From an uncultured virus (IMG/VR IMGVR_UViG_3300034106_001935) (Duplodnaviria; Heunggongvirae; Uroviricota; Caudoviricetes), in the IMG/VR virus record IMGVR_UViG_3300034106_001935: DNA of 54,900 nt, one strand, 5' to 3'. Of the stretch, positions 46,906 through 54,900 are shown piece by piece. The notes beneath the pieces were generated by a model, which saw nothing but the letters and a program-made list of their open reading frames with translations, searched no databases and was not told where the DNA came from. Every line of letters begins with the position of its first letter. The stretch's first letter is position 1. Both the position numbers and the translations under genes were made by a program.

Positions 46906-48102
46906 ATGGCAACATCTAACTTTAAGTTCGCATGGGTTTCCAACTCTAAAAAGGTAACTAAAAAGGATCTTCCAGAAAATGAACTGGATAAAAAGCCTGG
47001 TTACATTGAGCAAAATAGCGTTACCAATCTTATTCAAAACTTCAAAGATAGTGACCTATTGAAGGCATTGAAAAAAATCCTTGAGTCTGACGAGTATAAG
47101 AAAGACAGAAAAGGTAAACCCCAAAAATATAATCAGATGCCAAAGCTTATGCGAATTAAAATTCGCAATCTCTTTACGGCATTGGCAGTACAACGCCGAA
47201 TTGACTGGGATCATTTGATTAGGATCGTTACAACATGGGATTCACGCAGGCCCATGACAGTTAACGTTATTCGTATTCCTGGAACTGATACATATTATAT
47301 TACTGACGGACAGCATACGGTACTTGCTATTGCTGTACGAGCAATGCTAGGCTTGTTCCCTGATGTTGATCCACAAGACTTTTTGGATGTAGAAGTAAAT
47401 TGTCAAGTTGTTGAAACAAGTGATTTCAGTTTTGCCCGTGAACATTTTTTGGGCATCAACGGTGAAGATAAACTTCCTATTCTTCCTTTTGACACTCATA
47501 AAATTCATGTATTCGGTAGTCGCCTGGACAACAGTTCACAAGAAAAATATGTCATGGCGGAGCGTAAGCAAGCCGAGCTTGAAAAGCATGATTTGATTCC
47601 TGTTCATCCTGACAGTAGTGACCGTTTCAAACCAGGAGCTGTTATTGATGTTAATCTGCTTAAGAAGCTAGAAGTAGAGGACATCAAGTTCATTGGCGAG
47701 AACCACAAGAAATACTGGCCACAAGAACCCCTTGATGCCATGGAAGTATTGCCCTTCCAAGACTTGCGTAAAAAATTGTTGAAAGAGGGTGCTGACTTTT
47801 CAACACAAGAATTCAAAGATTTTATGCGAGATTTGAATGCTGTTATTAAGGAAGTTGCAGGTGGCTATGCTGAATTTAAGAACCTTACTCAAAAAGCATA
47901 TCCTGATTATTATGAAAAGGCATTTGGTGAAAGACCTAGCGGTTGCCCCCGTGATGCTTCATTGGTACTATTGATGCAACTTTATCAAAAGGCAGGCGGA
48001 ACATATCAATATGTCCCTACAAGTTTGACCAGTCGTTACTGTGAGCAAGGTAAGACAATGTTCCAATGTCTCAGTAAGGAAAAAAGGGAGTTGTTCAAAT
48101 GA
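46906..48102 (+). CDS. ParB/Srx-superfamily (DGQH motif) protein
   Basis: 'VQRRID' and 'YYITDGQHT'. An AAGGA SD precedes the ATG at 46906. Confidence 0.6.
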   Translation: MATSNFKFAWVSNSKKVTKKDLPENELDKKPGYIEQNSVTNLIQNFKDSDLLKALKKILESDEYKKDRKGKPQKYNQMPKLMRIKIRNLFTALAVQRRIDWDHLIRIVTTWDSRRPMTVNVIRIPGTDTYYITDGQHTVLAIAVRAMLGLFPDVDPQDFLDVEVNCQVVETSDFSFAREHFLGINGEDKLPILPFDTHKIHVFGSRLDNSSQEKYVMAERKQAELEKHDLIPVHPDSSDRFKPGAVIDVNLLKKLEVEDIKFIGENHKKYWPQEPLDAMEVLPFQDLRKKLLKEGADFSTQEFKDFMRDLNAVIKEVAGGYAEFKNLTQKAYPDYYEKAFGERPSGCPRDASLVLLMQLYQKAGGTYQYVPTSLTSRYCEQGKTMFQCLSKEKRELFK

Positions 48103-48521
48103 GTCAATTTTTGTACATTGCAGAGGTATACAGTAAACTAAAGCCGGGTATTACACATAAGATTAGTTCACGCATTAAATCCTACGATAAAGGAAATAAC
48201 AATCCATCTTTTCACTCTATCTACGTTGCGAGAGAAGGGTACGATGAACACGTTAAAAATTGTGAGCATTATGTGAAAAGGGAACTTTTCCCTTATTTAG
48301 AAAATCCACAAGGTAACCGTACGCCCAGTGAATATGTAGATCCCAAACACATTCATATCAATGTCAAGTATATTCAGAATTTGGTTGAGGATAGGATTAA
48401 GTGTCACCCACTTAAACTCCTAAGATTGAAAAAGACTTTCTTGCCCATTACTAGATACAATGCTAAAACTATTGAGGAAGGTATTAAAAACTTTCCCGAT
48501 AAGTATTTGGAATTAGTATAG
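48099..48521 (+). CDS. GIY-YIG-superfamily (T5orf172-like) protein
   Basis: 'FLYIAE...KPGIT....RIKSY...N', with downstream 'E' and 'SEY' motifs. Confidence 0.5.
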   Translation: MSQFLYIAEVYSKLKPGITHKISSRIKSYDKGNNNPSFHSIYVAREGYDEHVKNCEHYVKRELFPYLENPQGNRTPSEYVDPKHIHINVKYIQNLVEDRIKCHPLKLLRLKKTFLPITRYNAKTIEEGIKNFPDKYLELV

Positions 48522-48522
48522 G

Positions 48523-48551
48523 TTGACAAAATTGAATAATATGCGTATAAT
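48523..48551 (+). promoter_or_regulatory. Sigma70-type promoter
   Basis: TTGACA-N17-TATAAT. Confidence 0.8.
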
Positions 48552-48586
48552 AAGCGCATATTATTCAACTATATATTATCCCATAC

Positions 48587-49597
48587 ATGAATTACGCACT
48601 CATTGACACAGCCAATACATTCTTCCGTGCCCGACATGTTGCAAGCCGCAACTCGGATACATGGGAAAAGATTGGTATGGCATTACATCTTACACTGGCA
48701 AGTGTAAATCAAATTGTACGCACACATAAAATTGACCATGTGGTATTCTGCTTAGAGGGAAGGTCATGGCGTAAAGATTATTACAAGCCATACAAGGCTA
48801 ATCGTAAACTTGATGAAACGGCAATGACTGATGCCGAGATTGAAGAAAATAAGATGTTTTGGGAAACATACGAAATGTTTACCAATTACTTGCGTGAAAA
48901 GACCAATGTATCTGTACTGCGTGAACCTAACGCTGAGGCAGATGATTTGATTGCCCGTTTTATTCATCTACATCCCAATGACTCGCACTACATTATTTCT
49001 TCTGATACTGATTACGTTCAGCTTATTGCTGAACACGTGTTCCAATACAACGGCGTATCCAACGAACTCATCAAACTTGACGGATACTTCAAGGATAATG
49101 GAAAACCGGTACTAGACAAAAAGACTAAAGAACACAAGTTACTTGAGGATCCTCAATACCTGTTGTTCAAAAAGTGTATGCGTGGTGATAGTACCGACAA
49201 TGTGTTTAGTGCATATCCCGGTGTGCGTGAAAAGGGTAGCAAAAACAAGGTTGGATTGATTGAGGCTTACGCTGACCGCAACAAGCAAGGCTTTAATTGG
49301 AACAACATGATGCTACAACGATGGGTAGACCACAATGGCGAAGAACATCGGGTGCGTGATTGTTACGAGCGTAACCGTACATTGATTGACTTGACTGCAC
49401 AACCTCAAGATATCAAAGATAAAGTTGATGAATCTATTCGTACAGGGGTGCGTGTTACTACTACACCCCAAGTTGGTGTTCACTTTATGAAATTCTGTGG
49501 CAAATATGAACTTAACAAAATCAGTGAAAACGCTGAGGCTTATGCTAAGTGGCTTAATGCTCCTTATAAAGGGGAACTACATGGACAACCTGCTTAA
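48587..49597 (+). CDS. 5'-3' exonuclease/RNase H (T4 rnh-like, FEN/PIN fold)
   Basis: 'LIDTAN', 'SWRK..Y..YKANR', 'EADD', 'SSDTD' and 'GDSTDNV'. Confidence 0.9.
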   Translation: MNYALIDTANTFFRARHVASRNSDTWEKIGMALHLTLASVNQIVRTHKIDHVVFCLEGRSWRKDYYKPYKANRKLDETAMTDAEIEENKMFWETYEMFTNYLREKTNVSVLREPNAEADDLIARFIHLHPNDSHYIISSDTDYVQLIAEHVFQYNGVSNELIKLDGYFKDNGKPVLDKKTKEHKLLEDPQYLLFKKCMRGDSTDNVFSAYPGVREKGSKNKVGLIEAYADRNKQGFNWNNMMLQRWVDHNGEEHRVRDCYERNRTLIDLTAQPQDIKDKVDESIRTGVRVTTTPQVGVHFMKFCGKYELNKISENAEAYAKWLNAPYKGELHGQPA

Positions 49598-49811
49598 GAA
49601 ACAGTTTAGTGCAGGCGTGATGGAAATACTACAGGATAAAGACCTTTATTATGTTAGTACCATTGATTCCAAGTATAATAAACTAACCGAAAAAGGCCAA
49701 CAAGCAGTATTAGAATATGTCACAATGATGGCTCCTCACATACTAGAAAAAGAAGAAGAAATGCTTGTGCATAAGGCAAAACAACTTGTGTTTGAAGAAT
49801 TGAAAAAATGA
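49581..49811 (+). CDS. Hypothetical protein
   Basis: ATG at 49581 after GGGGA. Confidence 0.55.
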   Translation: MDNLLKKQFSAGVMEILQDKDLYYVSTIDSKYNKLTEKGQQAVLEYVTMMAPHILEKEEEMLVHKAKQLVFEELKK

Positions 49812-50035
49812 GTTTCACTACTAGGCAAACATCATTGCGTACTGTCAAGCAAGGCGATTCCAAATGGATGTTAACTGATGGTATGGTCACGGCGCCTAGA
49901 GCAGGGTTTGAAATTAGTAATAGTTGTCCAAAAGAATATAGATCAATTATTCAAGAATGCATTAACTATGGCTGGTTAAAGCCTGTAGCAACAGTTAGAG
50001 ATAATGAATTGTTTTGGGAAGAATTTTCAAAATGA
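49808..50035 (+). CDS. Hypothetical protein
   Basis: 75-aa coupled ORF. Confidence 0.6.
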   Translation: MSFTTRQTSLRTVKQGDSKWMLTDGMVTAPRAGFEISNSCPKEYRSIIQECINYGWLKPVATVRDNELFWEEFSK

Positions 50036-50493
50036 AAAAGATTTTCTATGAAAAGGTTGGTCGGCGTTACAAGCCCGTCTATGAGTATGACCAAACACTC
50101 ATGGATGCCATGCCCAAAGGTGCTCATCTAGTTATGGTTTATCCCGGCGGACAAAGCACTCGCTACAATGTTGAAATTGAATATGCACCATTAATTGCCG
50201 CGGGTCGTGTTGCTGAGGATGCTATTTGTAGTGCTATGGTTAAAGCTAGTGAGGCTCGCCCCATGCGTAAGCCAATTACCGAAGCACAACATAAAGCATG
50301 GAAAAAACTTGCTAAAGAAATGGGCGATGAACTATGTTCATTGACCTATGGTAGCACACGTGACCATGTTGACGCAGGTGTAAGGGCAATGATTACAGAG
50401 GCAGAAAAACTTATGACTAATCCTAGTGTGAAGAAAGCCTATGAACATTTCTTACTTGTTTGTGAATTGACAAAAGATGAAAACAAGGGATGA
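50032..50493 (+). CDS. Hypothetical protein
   Basis: ATGA overlap; starts MKKIFYEKVGRRY. Confidence 0.6.
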   Translation: MKKIFYEKVGRRYKPVYEYDQTLMDAMPKGAHLVMVYPGGQSTRYNVEIEYAPLIAAGRVAEDAICSAMVKASEARPMRKPITEAQHKAWKKLAKEMGDELCSLTYGSTRDHVDAGVRAMITEAEKLMTNPSVKKAYEHFLLVCELTKDENKG

Positions 50494-50689
50494 AATAATT
50501 ACAAATATGTGTTATACTTACCGTCATGACTACGGACTTACCCGCAGTGATGACGATCCGCCGTGGGTGGCGGGCATGACAGATAAAGAACGAAAAGGTT
50601 TGTGGCAAACTATGGCACAAATTTTTGATAATAATATTGCACCATATATGGAGATAAAAAATGACATTGACAGCCAAACCTATTGTTAA
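50477..50689 (+). CDS. Hypothetical protein
   Basis: 70-aa ORF. Confidence 0.55.
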   Translation: MKTRDEIITNMCYTYRHDYGLTRSDDDPPWVAGMTDKERKGLWQTMAQIFDNNIAPYMEIKNDIDSQTYC

Positions 50690-51116
50690 AGATCAATATT
50701 GGGTAGTTACCGACGGAGATAAAAAGGTCGGTAATGTAATTGCTGAGGGGTCCGGGTTCAATGTAAAGCTAAACGGAACAAATGTTCACTACAAAAATAC
50801 ATCTGACCTTAGACGCAAAACTAAAATTGAATTTCAAACTTTAAAAACAAACAAGACTAAAATACAGTTACCTTTTGCGATTTATCCAACTACAGCAAAG
50901 GTATACAATAGCATGTTTGATGTTAAGCGCAAACTGCATTTGTATACAAAAACGCAAAAAAGTAAGTGTTATTACGCAGCCGGATATTATGTAATCAATC
51001 AAAATGGACAAAATCAAGTCATTTTTTGTCCAAAATACATCTTTATACAAAGATATCCCTATATCGGTCCCTACAAATCTGAAACCGAAGCAAACGCTAT
51101 GATAAATAGTCTATGA
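50661..51116 (+). CDS. Hypothetical protein
   Basis: 151-aa ORF with a GGAG SD. Confidence 0.65.
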   Translation: MTLTAKPIVKDQYWVVTDGDKKVGNVIAEGSGFNVKLNGTNVHYKNTSDLRRKTKIEFQTLKTNKTKIQLPFAIYPTTAKVYNSMFDVKRKLHLYTKTQKSKCYYAAGYYVINQNGQNQVIFCPKYIFIQRYPYIGPYKSETEANAMINSL

Positions 51117-51319
51117 TATACATTAAAAGGTTCATAGATCGGGTTTCATTATTAGAAAGTAAACAAAGTAAAGATTTCGTTATTCCCATCTCTGAAGCCA
51201 GAGGGTTGAGGGACGAACTGACTAAAATATTAGCAGACTGTTACACACAGTCTCAGGAAAAGAAACCCGTTGAAGAACCTGTTATTAAAATTGAATTGAA
51301 GGGTGGCACTTTTAGATGA
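51113..51319 (+). CDS. Hypothetical protein
   Basis: 68-aa ORF, with TAAATA at 51103-51108. Confidence 0.6.
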   Translation: MIYIKRFIDRVSLLESKQSKDFVIPISEARGLRDELTKILADCYTQSQEKKPVEEPVIKIELKGGTFR

Positions 51320-51615
51320 GTAGGACGCAACCAAAGGTTTTGCTTGAAATCGTAGATAAGAAAACTTACAAATGTGATCAGATTGTTGAAGCTTCTGGCA
51401 TTTGGGCAGTATTCTACGATGGCCAGCCTATTAATCTAAAAAGTCAACATTACTTAGATAATGAAAGCACACCTAAGTATAAAAAGACTAGCTTTAGTAA
51501 TCCTGGACATGCTAGAAATTTATGTAGGAAATTAAACGCACAGTTTAAAACAAATAAATTTGCTGTAGTCTTTATGAACACGGGTACTACAGTTTACCCC
51601 GATGAGCAATCCTAA
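51316..51615 (+). CDS. Hypothetical protein
   Basis: 99-aa coupled ORF. Confidence 0.65.
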   Translation: MSRTQPKVLLEIVDKKTYKCDQIVEASGIWAVFYDGQPINLKSQHYLDNESTPKYKKTSFSNPGHARNLCRKLNAQFKTNKFAVVFMNTGTTVYPDEQS

Positions 51616-52006
51616 ATCAATCAAGCAACAAATCACAGAGGCAATACTTTCTGAGATTCATCATCCCAGCATTTACCATGAATTACCAATTGACCAAGTA
51701 ATATTTAAGCTTTGGTTTACGGGCAGACAAGAAGGCCTTCGTTTAACAGACGAAGGCGTTGTTGCTTTTGAGTTGGCTAATATTGAATACTATGACCACG
51801 ACTTTAGACAGGACAAAAAAAGTTATTATATTGTGCTTGCTGAACTTACAAGAAAGTTGAAATGTCCTTATTATTTGGGAGTTAAAAAATTAGACAACGG
51901 AAACAAATCAGCTTATATAAGACTGTATGACAGCAAAACTTCTATGCTAGTTAAATTATACGGAACGATCCATGAATACTTAGATTCAGTAAAGGAAAGA
52001 AGATGA
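51602..52006 (+). CDS. Hypothetical protein
   Basis: 134-aa ORF. Confidence 0.6.
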   Translation: MSNPKSIKQQITEAILSEIHHPSIYHELPIDQVIFKLWFTGRQEGLRLTDEGVVAFELANIEYYDHDFRQDKKSYYIVLAELTRKLKCPYYLGVKKLDNGNKSAYIRLYDSKTSMLVKLYGTIHEYLDSVKERR

Positions 52007-52164
52007 CAGAAGAAAAGAAAAGCAAAAACCCATTCATTAATATGGCCAATGCCGCAAAAAAGAATGCTAATCCATTCAATAACCAAAAACAAAGTAAAGC
52101 ACCGAAACCTAATAAAGGCTTTGGAGGTGCAACTGTAGTTAGAAGAAGTGGTAGGGGCGGTTAG
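52003..52164 (+). CDS. Small basic protein, 53 aa (not in the ORF track)
   Basis: MTEEKKSKNPFINMANAAKK...VVRRSGRGG with an ATGA overlap; its stop abuts the convergent gene. Confidence 0.55.
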   Translation: MTEEKKSKNPFINMANAAKKNANPFNNQKQSKAPKPNKGFGGATVVRRSGRGG

Positions 52165-52649
52165 TACCAAGTACCTTCATTACGCATTCGTTTGATGAAA
52201 GTCAGATAGTTACTGATAACCCCGAAACAACGCAACTTTACGGTACTTAACAATCCACGATCAGTTATTTCAGGTAAGAACATAATACTGGTATTATTGA
52301 CTGGGACTGTACCCGGGGTTATAATCTTGTTGTTACTAGTAACAACATTTGTGTTCTCCATTGCGGTAGGGAACCAAAAATATGATGGATACAATTTACT
52401 AGGCTGTGTTTGTAGCCAATTCTGCATATCTGTATTCATAGCATTTATAATATACCTGGGGCCTTGTATAGACCGTTCGGGCACTACGATAGGATTGTTT
52501 TGAGTACCCACACAAACATTGCCGCCAATTCTCCAAACATTTATCATACAAGAGAATCCTGAGGTAATCGCTGTACCGATCTGATTAGGCGTATTAGCCT
52601 TCTCAAAGTTTTGTCCGTCGTAAACACCTAGATAAGAAATATAAATCAT
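52161..52649 (-). CDS. Hypothetical protein, possibly a degenerate GDPD/PLC-like phosphodiesterase
   Basis: Starts MIYISYLG, 4 nt after a minus-strand TAAATA (52654-52659). Confidence 0.5.
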   Translation of the reverse strand: MIYISYLGVYDGQNFEKANTPNQIGTAITSGFSCMINVWRIGGNVCVGTQNNPIVVPERSIQGPRYIINAMNTDMQNWLQTQPSKLYPSYFWFPTAMENTNVVTSNNKIITPGTVPVNNTSIMFLPEITDRGLLSTVKLRCFGVISNYLTFIKRMRNEGTWY

Positions 52650-52756
52650 AGAGTATTTAGTATTTGGGTAATTAGTTGTAAACTGGTTTGATAGTTCAAG
52701 CGTTATATATGTACACAGTAACAATTATGTTCTGTGTTTTTAAAAAGGAAATTAAC

Positions 52757-52987
52757 ATGAAACTTATCGCAACTATGATCGCTGGTCTTTTCGCTGTTTC
52801 TGCTTTTGCCGCAGAACCTGCAAAGAAAGAAGAAGTTAAGCCTGCAGCCGCAGCTCCTGCCAAGGCTGAAGAAAAGAAGCCTGAAATGAAGTTGGCTAAG
52901 AAGAAGGAAGAAGCCAAGCCTGCTGACGCCACCAAAAGTGAGCCTGCTAAAAAGGAAGCCCCTAAAGCCGAGGCTCCTAAGAAGTAA
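52757..52987 (+). CDS. Secreted/periplasmic Pro-Ala-Lys-Glu-rich low-complexity protein
   Basis: Signal peptide MKLIATMIAGLFAVSAFA followed by AEPAKK-type repeats; AAGGA SD. Confidence 0.7.
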   Translation: MKLIATMIAGLFAVSAFAAEPAKKEEVKPAAAAPAKAEEKKPEMKLAKKKEEAKPADATKSEPAKKEAPKAEAPKK

Positions 52988-53198
52988 TCCTCATCGGTTC
53001 ACATTATTACTTCAGGGATATGATCCAGTAGAAATAGAAGTTTACGATGACGACATTTATGTTGGTTATTCTAGAAGACCTCAGGATTTCAGATTTATTC
53101 CTGTTGATGATGACGAAGAACTTAGTGACTATGTAAAATTCAGACTTTGGTTTGCAAGACAAATGGCACTAAAGAGGTATGAAGAAAAGTGGGGCTAG
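52938..53198 (+). CDS. Hypothetical protein
   Basis: 86-aa ORF ending at a terminator; the start is uncertain. Confidence 0.45.
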   Translation: MSLLKRKPLKPRLLRSNPHRFTLLLQGYDPVEIEVYDDDIYVGYSRRPQDFRFIPVDDDEELSDYVKFRLWFARQMALKRYEEKWG

Positions 53199-53210
53199 TC
53201 CCCACTTTTT
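53185..53210 (+). terminator. Intrinsic terminator
   Basis: AAAAGTGGG(G)-CTAG-(T)CCCACTTTTT. Confidence 0.75.
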
Positions 53211-53283
53211 ATATCTAAATATTTTGCGTCAATATATTAGTATAAATACTAATGTTAAAACACATACACACAAGGAGACACAC

Positions 53284-53553
53284 ATGTTTAACACATTTAC
53301 AGATGCCGCCATTGATGCGGTTCAAACATCCAAAAAGAATTTTGTCAACACCTTTGTTTCACACGAAGGCATCGCAAGAGCGTTAAATCAATTCGTTGAC
53401 ACACAAACCTCATATACAAAATCTGCGATATCAGCAGGAACAACTGCAGCCACATCATTGGGAATGATCTTTGCAAGCAAAGAATTCTTTGATGAGATGA
53501 CCAATAGCTTCAATTCCTTTGTTCCTGCTATTAGCAAAAAGAAGGGAAAATAA
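53284..53553 (+). CDS. Small helical protein (weakly phasin-like)
   Basis: ATG at 53284 after TATAAATA (53241-53248) and a CA-rich leader with AAGGAG. Confidence 0.55.
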   Translation: MFNTFTDAAIDAVQTSKKNFVNTFVSHEGIARALNQFVDTQTSYTKSAISAGTTAATSLGMIFASKEFFDEMTNSFNSFVPAISKKKGK

Positions 53554-53554
53554 A

Positions 53555-53749
53555 ATGTTAGGTGCTTTAGTAGTTTCTATAGTACTTGCCTTGGCTGGAA
53601 TTTTCATAAGCATGGTAGGTATGTTTAGAGAAACAACATATGGAAAAGAATTAGAAAATTATATTATCAACCGTAATCCACAAACTCCAGGTGATGTTGA
53701 AAGATATGCGATTGATTTTCAAAGAAAACAAGAAAGGAATTTTTTATGA
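53555..53749 (+). CDS. Small membrane-anchored protein
   Basis: N-terminal hydrophobic helix, then 'LENYIINRNPQTPGDVE'. Confidence 0.55.
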   Translation: MLGALVVSIVLALAGIFISMVGMFRETTYGKELENYIINRNPQTPGDVERYAIDFQRKQERNFL

Positions 53750-53838
53750 AATTTTTAAAAGGATTTTATGACTTCCTTGTTGCATGGGCGGAGGCTATAA
53801 ATGAATATCGCAACTCAAATCAAAACAAGTATTACTAA
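53746..53838 (+). CDS. 30-aa peptide (not in the ORF track)
   Basis: MKFLKGFYDFLVAWAEAINEYRNSNQNKYY with an AAGGA SD and an ATGA overlap. Confidence 0.45.
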   Translation: MKFLKGFYDFLVAWAEAINEYRNSNQNKYY

Positions 53839-53929
53839 TTGGTGGCCAGTTAGTGATGAAGAATGGGAAAGGTTAAATTACCCAGAAAAATTTAATCAAC
53901 CTGTTGACAAAGAACAAGAAAAGAAGTAA
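53801..53929 (+). CDS. 42-aa peptide (not in the ORF track)
   Basis: MNIATQIKTSITNWWPVSDEEWERLNYPEK... with a GGAGG SD. Confidence 0.4.
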   Translation: MNIATQIKTSITNWWPVSDEEWERLNYPEKFNQPVDKEQEKK

Positions 53930-53958
53930 TATCACACATACACACAAAGGAGAAGTAC

Positions 53959-54228
53959 ATGAGTGAAAATAAGCTACCCGGACTGCCAGAAGTCAAGTTC
54001 AATAAGAACGGTTACGAGATTCGTGCCGATATCCTAGCAATGGCTAAGGACATGGTTCAAAGCGAATACAGTATGAAGTTTCACGGTTGGGAAATGAGCG
54101 CCAAGCGTGATGAAAAAAGTGGACAACTTGTTAGTACAGTTTCTATGCCAGAGTTTCCAGGTCTAGACAAAGTTTTGGAAACCGCCGAAAAGATGTATGC
54201 TTTTGTTAATCAAACCAACAAAAAGTAA
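53959..54228 (+). CDS. Hypothetical protein
   Basis: 89 aa, with a CA-rich leader and AAGGAG. Confidence 0.65.
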   Translation: MSENKLPGLPEVKFNKNGYEIRADILAMAKDMVQSEYSMKFHGWEMSAKRDEKSGQLVSTVSMPEFPGLDKVLETAEKMYAFVNQTNKK

Positions 54229-54238
54229 TACATAAAAT

Positions 54239-54256
54239 GCCCCGAAAGGGGCTTTT
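54239..54256 (+). terminator. Intrinsic terminator
   Basis: GCCCC-GAAA-GGGGCTTTT, the same core as the terminator at 16597. Confidence 0.85.
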
Positions 54257-54272
54257 CCACGGGTACGGAAAA

Positions 54273-54303
54273 GGTTGACAATAAATGGGTTTGGGTCTAT
54301 AAT
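54273..54303 (+). promoter_or_regulatory. Early sigma70-type promoter
   Basis: GGTTGACAATAAAT...TATAAT with a 17-nt spacer. Confidence 0.85.
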
Positions 54304-54336
54304 AGTCACATAGACAGTTAGATAACGGAGCAAACA

Positions 54337-54573
54337 ATGCAAGTTGGTGATATTGTCAAGTCTTTTGATTTCGTCGGTATTGATGACTGCTTCATGGTCG
54401 GTAAGGTCGTGGGCGTGTTTGAGTCTGACGGCACTTTCCGTGCTCAGTTTATCAAGCGTGTTTGGCAAGGTTCTGAGGATCAGAAGTTTAAGACTGACTA
54501 CTTCACGGCTCCTTTGCAGGGTGAACACTTCATGGACCGTGCCGAGTTCCCCCGTGTAGTTGTAATTGGTTGA
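54337..54573 (+). CDS. Hypothetical early protein
   Basis: 78 aa, with its own promoter and an ACGGAG SD. Confidence 0.65.
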   Translation: MQVGDIVKSFDFVGIDDCFMVGKVVGVFESDGTFRAQFIKRVWQGSEDQKFKTDYFTAPLQGEHFMDRAEFPRVVVIG

Positions 54574-54598
54574 CAATAAATCCAAATTGTCATATAAT
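54568..54598 (+). promoter_or_regulatory. Early sigma70-type promoter
   Basis: GGTTGACAATAAAT...TATAAT with a 17-nt spacer. Confidence 0.85.
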
Positions 54599-54628
54599 AA
54601 GGTATAGTCTGAAACAACGGAGATAGAA

Positions 54629-54900
54629 ATGACTAAGAGTACTGATAACGATGCATTGTTTGTTATTGTTCAAAACCGCCCCGGAGCAAGGCTCGGCGGG
54701 AAGGACCTTGACCGTAGCGGTGAAGGCGGAGCAGTAGCACAAATATTGGCGGGTAAACTCTTCCGTAAAGAAGAATGGGTCCGACTGACTGAATTGCAAA
54801 TTCGTGCCCGACCAACTTATCGCAGTCGCGGCGGCAGTGATTATGCACCCCTTGAAGCCGCAAAACGTTGGGCTGTATTTAAGAACAAGGGTATCGTCAT
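54629..54900 (+). CDS. Hypothetical early protein, 3'-truncated by the window edge
   Basis: MTKSTDNDALFVIVQNRPGARLGG... stays open to the end of the window; ACGGAG SD. Confidence 0.6.
   Translation, partial: MTKSTDNDALFVIVQNRPGARLGGKDLDRSGEGGAVAQILAGKLFRKEEWVRLTELQIRARPTYRSRGGSDYAPLEAAKRWAVFKNKGIV

Noticed and set aside
16597..54256. Identical GCCCCGAAAGGGGC at 16597 and 54239 as a dispersed repeat element
   Set aside because: Both are ordinary GNRA-capped intrinsic terminators.
578..54863. Numerous 60-185 aa antisense or alternate-frame ORFs in the ORF track (e.g. 11517-11978, 12666-13223, 16284-16718, 27910-28341, 54163-54585)
   Set aside because: They lie inside well-supported genes, lack RBS or promoter support, and look like shadow ORFs.
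1..54900. Alternative genetic code (stop-codon reassignment)
   Set aside because: Conserved genes (PolB, DnaK, ClpA, GuaC) are full length under the standard code, and TAA, TAG and TGA all end genes at sensible positions.
1..54900. CRISPR array, tRNA genes, integrase or transposase
   Set aside because: No regularly spaced repeats, cloverleaf with TTCGA T-arm, or recombinase motifs were seen by eye. tRNAscan and CRISPR finders were not run.

Overview
This 54.9-kb window is an AT-rich, gene-dense, mostly plus-strand segment of a large T4-like/jumbo dsDNA phage genome. No rRNA, tRNA, CRISPR array or integrase is visible. In order it carries: the end of a virion structural block; a stand-alone DnaE fragment; GroES, a Bax-inhibitor-1 protein, a clamp loader, PhoH, a holin, DnaJ and ClpA; a block of late genes (about 14-24 kb) whose products have T4 internal-protein-like N-terminal leaders and look like protease-processed modular cargo; TilS, a family-B DNA polymerase and a probable sliding clamp; a 7-deazaguanine DNA-modification region of about 15 kb; and finally UvsE, a ParB-like/GIY-YIG-like pair, a T4 RNase H-like exonuclease and small early genes. 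The deazaguanine region holds a TGT/DpdA-like protein, a QueD paralog with an LxxxHRHxF motif, FolE, QueD and QueE, but no QueC or QueF. These are interleaved with two GT-B glycosyltransferases, a GalE-like epimerase, a cytidylyltransferase, a D-amino-acid dehydrogenase and GMP reductase. Two promoter classes recur: sigma70-type TTGACA-N17-TATAAT and T4-late-like TAAATA, often giving near-leaderless mRNAs. The best candidates for something new are (1) a preQ1-I-like pseudoknot with an SD-sequestering hairpin directly upstream of queD, (2) a possibly glycosylated, QueC-less deazaguanine hypermodification pathway, (3) capsid-targeted polyprotein cargo with shuffled modules, and (4) an unassigned structured RNA at 22.9 kb. 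All protein calls are from motif recognition by eye; no database searches were run. Several starts are shifted from the ORF track to the start codon supported by an RBS or promoter.
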